Part shown: one piece after another, positions 27,609-35,264 of the stretch | Layout of the letters: each line of letters starts with the position of its first letter | How positions within the stretch are numbered: the first letter of the stretch is position 1 | Source: an uncultured Gammaproteobacteria bacterium | Lineage (GTDB): Bacteria; Pseudomonadota; Gammaproteobacteria; Arenicellales; Poriferihabitantaceae | Direction of reading: 5' to 3' | DNA length: 64,000 nucleotides | Assembly: GCA_937992195.1 (NCBI GenBank) | Contig: CALKKV010000009.1 | Location: forward strand, 9,832 to 73,831 | Translations under genes and position numbers: made by a program | Notes under the pieces: generated by a model | Databases searched by the model: none | The model's input: only the letters and a program-made list of their open reading frames with translations | What the model was told of the DNA's origin: nothing

Positions 27609-28682
27609 ATGTTGAAAAGAACGCTGATTAAGACCCTGATAGCAACTATTGTTTCTGCCAGCTTGGGTCTCGGCGCAGCGCAAGCCGCGGACACCAAAGT
27701 TGGTTTTGTATATGTTGGCCCTGTCGGCGATCATGGCTGGACTTATCGGCATGATAAAGGAAGACAACTGATTGAAAAGGAACTGGGAGTAGAGACTTCA
27801 TATGTAGAAAGCGTTGCTGAAGGCGCGGACGCTGAGCGTGTGATCCGTAAGCTCGCATCTACCGGCCATAACGTTATTTTTACCACCTCGTTTGGCTATA
27901 TGAACCCAACCATAAAAGTTGCCAAACAGTTTCCGGATGTGAAATTTGAACACGCAACCGGTTACAAGCGCTCCGACAACGTGAGTACTTATTCCGGTCG
28001 TTTTTACGAGGGTCGCTCCGTGATCGGTACCATTGCGGGCCATATGTCGAAAACTGGCGTTGTTGGCTACATCGCATCATTTCCAATTCCGGAGGTGATC
28101 CGAGGTATCAATGCATTCACAATCGCGATGCGAAAGGTCAATCCAGATGCCGTAGTAAAAGTGGTTTGGGTAAATTCCTGGTATGACCCTGGTAAGGAAG
28201 GCGATGCGGCAAAGGCATTGATCGATCAAGGGGCAGATATTATTACCCAGCACACAGACTCTCCGGCTCCGTTACAAGTTGCCGAGCAGCGTGGAGTTTT
28301 CGCGTTTGGCCAGGCTTCCGATATGGTTTCTTTTGCGCCCAAATCGCAGCTTACTGCAATTATTGACGATTGGGGCCCTTACTACGTTGAGCGGGTCAAA
28401 GCCGCTATGGATGGAACCTGGAGTTCCAGTGATACATGGGATGGTTTTGCTCCGGGTATGGTGGTGATGGCGCCTTACAGCGAAGCAGTTCCCGCGGATG
28501 TTAAGGAGGCAGCTGAAGCGGTACGAGTTGCTATCGAGAATGGTTCTATGCATTCATTTGACGGTCCTATTAACAATCAGGCTGGAGAAGAAGTGGTTGC
28601 CGCCGGAGCCAGAATTGATGATGGCACGTTGCTTGGTATGGACTATTACGTTGAAGGTGTACAGGGAGATATCCCTAACTAG
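27609..28682 (+). CDS. BMP-family (basic membrane protein/PnrA-like) ABC substrate-binding protein, orphan
   Basis: Signal peptide ending AQA, then KVGFVYVGPVGDHGWTY...NVIFTTSFGY, typical of the Bmp family. No cognate permease or ATPase is adjacent. Confidence 0.85.
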   Translation: MLKRTLIKTLIATIVSASLGLGAAQAADTKVGFVYVGPVGDHGWTYRHDKGRQLIEKELGVETSYVESVAEGADAERVIRKLASTGHNVIFTTSFGYMNPTIKVAKQFPDVKFEHATGYKRSDNVSTYSGRFYEGRSVIGTIAGHMSKTGVVGYIASFPIPEVIRGINAFTIAMRKVNPDAVVKVVWVNSWYDPGKEGDAAKALIDQGADIITQHTDSPAPLQVAEQRGVFAFGQASDMVSFAPKSQLTAIIDDWGPYYVERVKAAMDGTWSSSDTWDGFAPGMVVMAPYSEAVPADVKEAAEAVRVAIENGSMHSFDGPINNQAGEEVVAAGARIDDGTLLGMDYYVEGVQGDIPN

Positions 28683-28706
28683 GGTCTTTATCCAACATTG
28701 TTGTAT

Positions 28707-28736
28707 AAGGGCAGACTTAGTTCTGCCCTTTTTTGT
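28707..28736 (+). terminator. Rho-independent terminator after the BMP-family gene
   Basis: AAGGGCAGA-cttagt-TCTGCCCTT followed by TTTTGTTG, 25 nt after the stop. Confidence 0.65.
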
Positions 28737-28749
28737 TGCCGCACAAATC

Positions 28750-29886
28750 CTATTCTTCCAGCGCTTGTCGCAGATATTCGTTCCGGATTTTTGTATTGTG
28801 TTCACCGATCTTTGGCACCGGTTCTTTATTTTGATAGTTTCCCATTGGTCTCTCAGGGTATTGAACTGTTGTGCCTTGTGAGGTCATACCTGTTCTTCTT
28901 TGTAGGGCAGGGTGCCGGGAAAAGTCGCTTACCGTGTTTACCGAACCATAGGCAATACCGGCCTGTTTTAATTTTTCTATGAGCTGCGCTCTGTCCAGAG
29001 ATTTCGTTACACTATGGATCAAAGTATCAAGAGCCGGGCGGTTGGCAACACGTAAGTTATTGTTGCCAAATTGGTTTGAGTTGGTTTGATTTGGCTGCTC
29101 CAATACCTGAGAGCAGAATCGTTGCCATTCTCGTTCATTTTGGATCGCGATGATCACTGTTTCACCTCCCCGAGTTTCATAGCCTCCATAGGGTGCGATC
29201 GACGGGTGCTTAAGCCCTGATCGTTTCGGAGCTGCGCCAGCATAATCATGGTGTAAAAGCGGTACGGTCATCCATTCGCTGGCAACACCGAAAAGAGATA
29301 CCTCAACTGCCTTACCTTTTCCGGTTAGCTGTCGTTCTAGCAAAGCTTCCAGCAAACCTGCATGGGCGGTCATCCCTGCGCCAATATCGCAGGCGGATAC
29401 GCCAATTCTGCCAAGTTCATTCTCGCCGCCGGATATACTCACCATGCCGGATTCCGCCTGCACGAGAAAATCATAGGCTTTCATTCCTTCTACGCCGTCA
29501 GCATTACCGTATCCCGAGATGTCGCAGGTGATCAGGGAAGGGTGGGATTGTCGAAGGTCGGCGAGATCAAAACCGGCTCTAGATAGCGCTCCAGGTGCGA
29601 GGTTCTGCACAACAATATCTGCTTCACCGATCAGCCAGTGAAGCAGTTCGGCATCTTCCTGTTGTTTAAAATCGAGGGTGAGCGATTCTTTTCCCTGATT
29701 AAGCCAGAAAAAATAGGAACTATCTCCATCAGCCGCAGCATCATAGTCTCGAGCAAAGTCACCGCTGATGCGTTCGATTTTGATTACCCTGGCTCCGGCT
29801 TCTCGCAATCGCATTGTGCAGAAGGGGGCCGCAACGGCCTGCTCGATTGCGATTACCAGTAAGTTTTCAAGAGGCTTAACCGACAT
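28750..29886 (-). CDS. CaiB/BaiF family (class III) CoA-transferase
   Basis: N-terminal LLVIAIEQAVAAPFCTMRLREAGARVIKIE signature and ...GNPLKLS-type C-terminal region. 378 aa. Confidence 0.88.
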   Translation of the reverse strand: MSVKPLENLLVIAIEQAVAAPFCTMRLREAGARVIKIERISGDFARDYDAAADGDSSYFFWLNQGKESLTLDFKQQEDAELLHWLIGEADIVVQNLAPGALSRAGFDLADLRQSHPSLITCDISGYGNADGVEGMKAYDFLVQAESGMVSISGGENELGRIGVSACDIGAGMTAHAGLLEALLERQLTGKGKAVEVSLFGVASEWMTVPLLHHDYAGAAPKRSGLKHPSIAPYGGYETRGGETVIIAIQNEREWQRFCSQVLEQPNQTNSNQFGNNNLRVANRPALDTLIHSVTKSLDRAQLIEKLKQAGIAYGSVNTVSDFSRHPALQRRTGMTSQGTTVQYPERPMGNYQNKEPVPKIGEHNTKIRNEYLRQALEE

Positions 29887-30015
29887 GCGAATCTAATCCA
29901 AAGACGTGGTATTGCATATCTGAATTCTGCAATAGTTATTAAAACTGCACGTAGGTTTGTTAAATCAACGCACAAGGCTTTTCAACAGGCTCACCTTAGT
30001 GTTTAGCCAGCAGAC

Positions 30016-33000
30016 TTAATAGCATTGGAGGAATCTTGGACTTTCGTTAATTGTTTCTAATCCAGGGATTTGACCGATCAAAGAAATAATTGGGAAAGTG
30101 GGATCTAGTCCTAGTCTTCCATTTGGGGTTTCACCACCAGTAGTAACAGGCACAAAGGGAATGTTGGTTCCAGGGGTAAAGACTGGGTCTCCAGGGAATA
30201 TACCAGGACCAGGAGGCGTTCCCCCAGGCGTTCCTGGCGGTGTTCCCGGCGGTGTTCCTGGGGGTGTTCCTGGGGGTGTTTCCGGGACCACAACCTGCCC
30301 ATCAAAACCATATGAAAGGAAAAAAGTATTCGCGCGTTGTCCAAAGCCAACGATGGTATTGGCAGAAATTGTTCCCGGTTGATTAGGTTGCAATGCCGCA
30401 GCATTCGGGGCTAGTACAAGGTTTGTTGCATTGATGACGTCAAAGTTGTCGGTTACCCCGGGGACGGTAGGAGGCGTATAACCAAGAAAGGTCACATCAA
30501 TTGTTGGATCGTTTAACGTCGCGGTGCCATTAACATTGATCACGTCAAAGTTTCCAGCCGCAGTATTGGCCAGCTCGATTGCGATGTTCGATGTATTGCT
30601 TACCGTGAGGTTGCCGTTGAATGTTAAGGTGCCCGGTGAAAAACCGGCGGCAATAGTAGCGCCGTCGACGTTTGTGTTGCCCGTAATATTTCCACCTGTA
30701 TTGATACCAGTGTTGTTGACGCCGCCTTCAATTGTGCCACCAGTGAATTCGAATAGACCTGCCGGAATAGGATCCTGAGTCTCAACGTCTACCCCTGTTG
30801 TGACGAGATTTCCACCACTCAATGTCGTGCTTCCCGCTGACTGATTGAAACCACCAATTAGGTCTCCGTTAACTTCGCGTTGCACGAACGCAAGATCGCC
30901 GGCTTCTATCTCAACTTCTCCTGTATTGTTAAAAACTAAGTCACCACCAAAGGTACGATCGAGGCTAGCAAGGGTCGTTGCTCCACACGCGGGCTCGCAT
31001 GCATCGGTTTTGGCAAATCGCCCGGAGTTATTGATGACTAGATCAAACGAACCGCCATCACCGCTGCCGATCTGAAGCCTGTTATTGCCATTTGCATTGA
31101 ACGTTCCGGCGTTATTTATCTCGCCCCCAGTAGCGAAGATATCGCCGCTGTTCCACTCCACGGTGGCGCCATTGGCAATGTTCCAGTCTGCGAAGAAGCT
31201 AAGCTGCCCTTCTACGGTGGTCACACCACTAGTGTTTACAGTTGTAGCAACTCCAAAGTCTACGTCACCGATTCTAGAAAATTCTCCCAAGAACAAGTCC
31301 GTAGTATTAACTTCACCGCCAACTAAGCTTCCCCTGTTAGTTAAGTTTACGGTGTCTTCAATGTCTATTGTGTCGACTAATGTAATATTTGCGCCACCAG
31401 TCCCGACTCCCGAAAGAATCAGATTTTCCGCTTGAATGCTAGAGGCTCCTGAAGACTCGAAAGAACTTAAAGACACTCTTCCAAAGCTGTCACCACCCTC
31501 AAGTGAGATTGTGTCCGCGATATCAAACAGGAAGTCGCGACCGGTCTCTATTGAAATGTTTCGATTAAAGTCAGAGGTGATATTTAAATTATCTGCATTG
31601 ATGGTCAGATCGCCCCTGGTTCGAATGTCCAAGTCAAATCCCAAACCAACGTTGCTAATGTTAACGTCGCCACCGCCAATACCGTCAGAGTTTGCGATCA
31701 GTGTCAGCGACTCAAGTTGATTTTCTGGAAAAAAATCATCAGTAATAGAGTTCAGTATATTGATATCGTTGTGTGCACTAAGGGTCAATGATCCTGGTCC
31801 CGGTGGAACGCTAGTGATGTCAATGCTGAGTTCAGCCAGAAAATTAATATCCCCCGTTCCAGCACCAGCAGCACTAGTAACAACCTGTACATCTGTACCT
31901 AATGCCAAAGCATTCACCAGTTGAGTAACCGATAGCATTGCTGGTACATCGTTATCTGTCGCACTGAATTCGGTGCCCGCTGCAACCATGTTCTCATCAA
32001 TATTGGTTGAAGGAGCATCAACAATATCTATCTGGCTTGGGTCGATTAGCCAGGTACCGGCCTTGCCATTGTTTGCACTTACATCAGGAGTTTTACTGAT
32101 TCTCAAGTTGTCGCGACCAGAAGTTTCAACAAACCCTCCATCACCACCGTTTTCTCCGCCGCGGGCGCTAATATCGCCATCAATATTGGCAACTGATTCC
32201 GCATAAATGATGACGCGTCCGCCGTCGGAATCGTCAATTCCGTCGGCGCGAACTGTCGCAGTGTCGGCGATATACACGGCATCAGAATTCGGGACCTCTG
32301 GATTTAGACCCTGCTGGTCTCCTCCGATCAAAATCTCGCCACCACCACTGGTGCTTGAAGCATCCACTACAGCTCGATCGTACAGTGCAATTTGGTCACC
32401 AAGCAGTTTAATGTCACCTGCGCTATTACCTGAAGAGGTTACGCTTTGGTGAATACTGAGCAAACCACTATCACCTGCATTGATTTCAATATCACCACCT
32501 GCGGTATCAACTGAAGCATCTATTGAAATACCCGAATCGTTGAGTGCGATTGCTGTGGGCGATGCTTCGGCGGCAGCTGTTTCCGCTGCTGAGGCAGACT
32601 CTGGGGTGGTGGCAAGTTCGTTTTGAACAGGGTTGACTAATTCTTCCGTGTTGCTATCCGCCTCGCCGACCAGATCAACGTCAGGTGTTTCAGCTGCTGT
32701 GTTGTTTTCCAAAGAATCAGTCGTCTCTATATCTGGTGCCTCTACTTCATCAGCAGATTCAGAATCTTCGTTTGCCGCAGATTCAGAAGCGTTAGCTGGT
32801 TCCGTATTAGCTGCTGTTGATTCTTCCGTATCCTCTTCTTCCGAATCCATTTCAGCTGGCAAGAGAGAAGGCACGATGAGAGCGCTATAGCTTCCGCCAT
32901 TGGTATTGACCGGCGCATTGACAGAGATATCTCTACCCGCGCGGAGTGAAACACTGAGTTTGCCGCTTACCGATTCGATCGGCGCATTGACATCGATTCT

Positions 33001-34416
33001 GTTATGCGCAATTAACCCCAGTGCTGCATCGGGGCCCTCGGTTTTCCGAATAGGTGCATTAACAGAGATATTTCCTTCGCCAGTTCCCGTATCGGCAGTT
33101 CTTACCTCAACGTTGCTGCCGCCATTGAGGGCAGTTGAAATGGAGTCGGCGTGGGCGCTGTCTATAACAATATCTTCCGGATCGAGCAACCAAGTGCCAG
33201 GGTTGCCATTGGTCGCACTGACATCGGCAGGCTGTCCGAATTGTAAGTTGCCGCGGCTCGATGTCTCAATATGACCACCGTCACCTGAGACGCTGCCGCC
33301 ACGTGCCGTCAGTCGGCCTTGAGTGTTAGTTGCTTGTTCAGACCAGACAATGATGTCACCGCCATTGCCTTGCTGCAGCGCATCGGCATGGATGACGCTG
33401 TTTTGATCAATATCAGTTCGCGATGCACGAGGCAGGTTGCCTCGGCCTTGAAATTCCCCACCAACCAATACCGTGCCACCATTGGTACCTGTGGCATCTA
33501 TATCCGCAGAAACTAACTGGATGCTGTCGCCGAGAATAGTAATATCTCCACCGGGTACATCTCTTCCAGTGGTGGTCACTACGCCGCTGACTTCCGTATT
33601 TCCATCCGCCTGTAACACGATCTGGCCGCGCGCATTGGTGGTGACGCGATTTGCTGAAATGTTGCCCCCAGCGCTTACCTGATTGGCAAACACACCGATG
33701 GCGCCATCATTCGCTGTCATACTGCCAATGTTCAATGCTCTATCACCGGGTGCACTGACGCGAAAGGATATATTTGCATCATCCAGAGAAGTAAGCGTGA
33801 CCTCTCGACCCGCAGCAAGAATAATCTCGCCATCAATTACGCTAATATCGCCGCTGTTTTCTACCGACGGCGCTATCAGAATGACTTCACCGTTTGGTCC
33901 TGCTGTGATGGTACCGTTGTTCACTACGGCTCCGCCGTCGCCTCTAAATGTGTATCGGCCGCTGAGAAAATCCTGATCGCTAATGTCTAGCGAAGAGCCA
34001 ACGAAACCAGCGGTATCAATACGTGCACCACCGCCAACTACGATTCCGTTTGGATTGACAATGAATACACGACCGTTAGACGTTAGTTCTCCTAGAATAC
34101 TTGAGATGGAGCCTCCGGTGACCCTGTTCAGCACTGCGGATTGATTATTCTGTTGCAAGAACTGGGTTATTTCATTGCGATCTATCGAAAATCCGTTCCA
34201 GTTAATAATAGTGCCTGGCGAGTTTGTGATATTCAGCTGACCGCCAAGTTCCTCAAAGCTGGCGCTACCTGCAACAACCGTTGGGTTATCAGGGTTAGCC
34301 ATGGAAGACGTTGAGAAAATACAGCCACAAACCAGCAAAGAAAGCGTTGCTCGTTTTGCAGCAACATGGCTTAAGCGCTTCATTGCGCGTTTTAGTACCG
34401 TTTCTCTATTCATCAT
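30016..34416 (-). CDS. Two-partner-secretion exoprotein (TpsA) with filamentous haemagglutinin N-terminal (TPS) domain
   Basis: The signal peptide ends SSMA. The TPS domain is NPTVVAGSASF...ITNSPGTIINWNGFSI...AVLNRVTGGSISSILG...GRVFIVNPNGIVVG. Long beta-helix-like Gly/Asn/Asp-rich repeats follow. The ATG-ATG at 34416 directly abuts the upstream stop and is preferred to 34455. Confidence 0.9.
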   Translation of the reverse strand: MMNRETVLKRAMKRLSHVAAKRATLSLLVCGCIFSTSSMANPDNPTVVAGSASFEELGGQLNITNSPGTIINWNGFSIDRNEITQFLQQNNQSAVLNRVTGGSISSILGELTSNGRVFIVNPNGIVVGGGARIDTAGFVGSSLDISDQDFLSGRYTFRGDGGAVVNNGTITAGPNGEVILIAPSVENSGDISVIDGEIILAAGREVTLTSLDDANISFRVSAPGDRALNIGSMTANDGAIGVFANQVSAGGNISANRVTTNARGQIVLQADGNTEVSGVVTTTGRDVPGGDITILGDSIQLVSADIDATGTNGGTVLVGGEFQGRGNLPRASRTDIDQNSVIHADALQQGNGGDIIVWSEQATNTQGRLTARGGSVSGDGGHIETSSRGNLQFGQPADVSATNGNPGTWLLDPEDIVIDSAHADSISTALNGGSNVEVRTADTGTGEGNISVNAPIRKTEGPDAALGLIAHNRIDVNAPIESVSGKLSVSLRAGRDISVNAPVNTNGGSYSALIVPSLLPAEMDSEEEDTEESTAANTEPANASESAANEDSESADEVEAPDIETTDSLENNTAAETPDVDLVGEADSNTEELVNPVQNELATTPESASAAETAAAEASPTAIALNDSGISIDASVDTAGGDIEINAGDSGLLSIHQSVTSSGNSAGDIKLLGDQIALYDRAVVDASSTSGGGEILIGGDQQGLNPEVPNSDAVYIADTATVRADGIDDSDGGRVIIYAESVANIDGDISARGGENGGDGGFVETSGRDNLRISKTPDVSANNGKAGTWLIDPSQIDIVDAPSTNIDENMVAAGTEFSATDNDVPAMLSVTQLVNALALGTDVQVVTSAAGAGTGDINFLAELSIDITSVPPGPGSLTLSAHNDINILNSITDDFFPENQLESLTLIANSDGIGGGDVNISNVGLGFDLDIRTRGDLTINADNLNITSDFNRNISIETGRDFLFDIADTISLEGGDSFGRVSLSSFESSGASSIQAENLILSGVGTGGANITLVDTIDIEDTVNLTNRGSLVGGEVNTTDLFLGEFSRIGDVDFGVATTVNTSGVTTVEGQLSFFADWNIANGATVEWNSGDIFATGGEINNAGTFNANGNNRLQIGSGDGGSFDLVINNSGRFAKTDACEPACGATTLASLDRTFGGDLVFNNTGEVEIEAGDLAFVQREVNGDLIGGFNQSAGSTTLSGGNLVTTGVDVETQDPIPAGLFEFTGGTIEGGVNNTGINTGGNITGNTNVDGATIAAGFSPGTLTFNGNLTVSNTSNIAIELANTAAGNFDVINVNGTATLNDPTIDVTFLGYTPPTVPGVTDNFDVINATNLVLAPNAAALQPNQPGTISANTIVGFGQRANTFFLSYGFDGQVVVPETPPGTPPGTPPGTPPGTPGGTPPGPGIFPGDPVFTPGTNIPFVPVTTGGETPNGRLGLDPTFPIISLIGQIPGLETINESPRFLQCY
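30202..30282 (-). repeat. In-frame 12-nt tandem repeat encoding (TPPG)n near the TpsA C-terminus
   Basis: The - strand reads gaa aca ccc cca gga aca ccc cca gga aca ccg ccg gga aca ccg cca gga acg cct ggg gga acg cct cct ggt cct gg. This translates to ETPPGTPPGTPPGTPPGTPGGTPPGPG. Confidence 0.85.
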
Positions 34417-34417
34417 C

Positions 34418-35260
34418 TTATGCCTCTGGTATCTCGCAGTGCTGTTCTTCGTCATCTATATTTTTTAAGATGTTAAACAGCGTTATAACGTCTTCTTGAT
34501 CTTTCTGTAGGAATTCATCTTGTATTAGGAAATTTGGTATTGTGCCAAGACACAGAATCTCTCGATCCTCTAAAAAAGTAGCTTCGACCGCTTCCAGTTC
34601 TATTTCTTCTGTCGCGGTTCTGACATAAATTTTGCCTTCAAACACCGCGGTATAAAGGCCACGTTTGATTTCACCTGCCGGTCTGCACTCTATAAAGGAA
34701 CTGTTTGTCGATGCATCGTTGTTATCAAGTTTACGGAGTTGTTTGCGCTTAGTCGGGCTGCCTGCGGATGGTCCCGCCTGTTGCTGCGGTAGTTGTCCCA
34801 GGCCAAGTTCTTCGCTAGTGCAGTCGTCTTCACATAAGCGCACAATAAAATCAGTACCACGGATACCAACGGTCGCAATATTGGTTTCAACACGATACTG
34901 TTCAGGACGCTTCTTGCCAATCTCTCCAGAAATAGCCCGCAACCCGCCTTTTAATAAATCAAACAGCGCTTCTTCTTTTCCGTTTTCCTCGCTGTATTTT
35001 TCCAGCACTATCTCGCTAAGAGGGCGAAGGGAGACTTTGCTTTCATCGTTCATTTTCACCACCACAAAACTGTTGCTCGCAGTGGTGATTGTCTCGCCAA
35101 GAAAAACTTCGGAACCTTTAGACAACGTGCGTAACCCGCTGTTGTTAAGGCTGGCCGTGACGACGCCTTTGGCAATTAGAACGGAACCAATGGATGTATT
35201 TGCCAGAACCTTTAAGGGAAGTAGTATTAATAGGCAAAAAATAGTGCACCAAATCTTCAT
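34418..35260 (-). CDS. Secreted FecR-domain protein encoded between tpsB and tpsA
   Basis: Cleavable signal peptide MKIWCTIFCLLILLPLKVLA. The FecR-domain pattern is GSVLIAKGVVTA...LSKGSEVFLGETITTASNSFVVVKMNDESKVSLRPLSEIVL...VGIRGTDFIV. There is no cytoplasmic anti-sigma domain. Confidence 0.8.
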   Translation of the reverse strand: MKIWCTIFCLLILLPLKVLANTSIGSVLIAKGVVTASLNNSGLRTLSKGSEVFLGETITTASNSFVVVKMNDESKVSLRPLSEIVLEKYSEENGKEEALFDLLKGGLRAISGEIGKKRPEQYRVETNIATVGIRGTDFIVRLCEDDCTSEELGLGQLPQQQAGPSAGSPTKRKQLRKLDNNDASTNSSFIECRPAGEIKRGLYTAVFEGKIYVRTATEEIELEAVEATFLEDREILCLGTIPNFLIQDEFLQKDQEDVITLFNILKNIDDEEQHCEIPEA

Positions 35261-35264
35261 AGTT

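Noticed and set aside
30098-33976. Numerous 60-125-aa ORFs antisense to tpsA in the track (e.g. 30098..30382, 31085..31435, 32900..33274)
   Set aside because: They are artefacts of a long repetitive Gly/Asn/Thr-rich gene with few reverse-frame stops. They have Pro/Ser/Val-rich nonsense composition and no starts with an SD sequence.
30016-34416. Possible contact-dependent inhibition (CdiA/CdiB/CdiI) system
   Set aside because: I found no VENN or comparable pre-toxin boundary motif (only 'SVENSG' early in the protein) and no recognisable toxin domain. No small immunity-type ORF follows the stop. The tail is Pro/Gly-rich low complexity.
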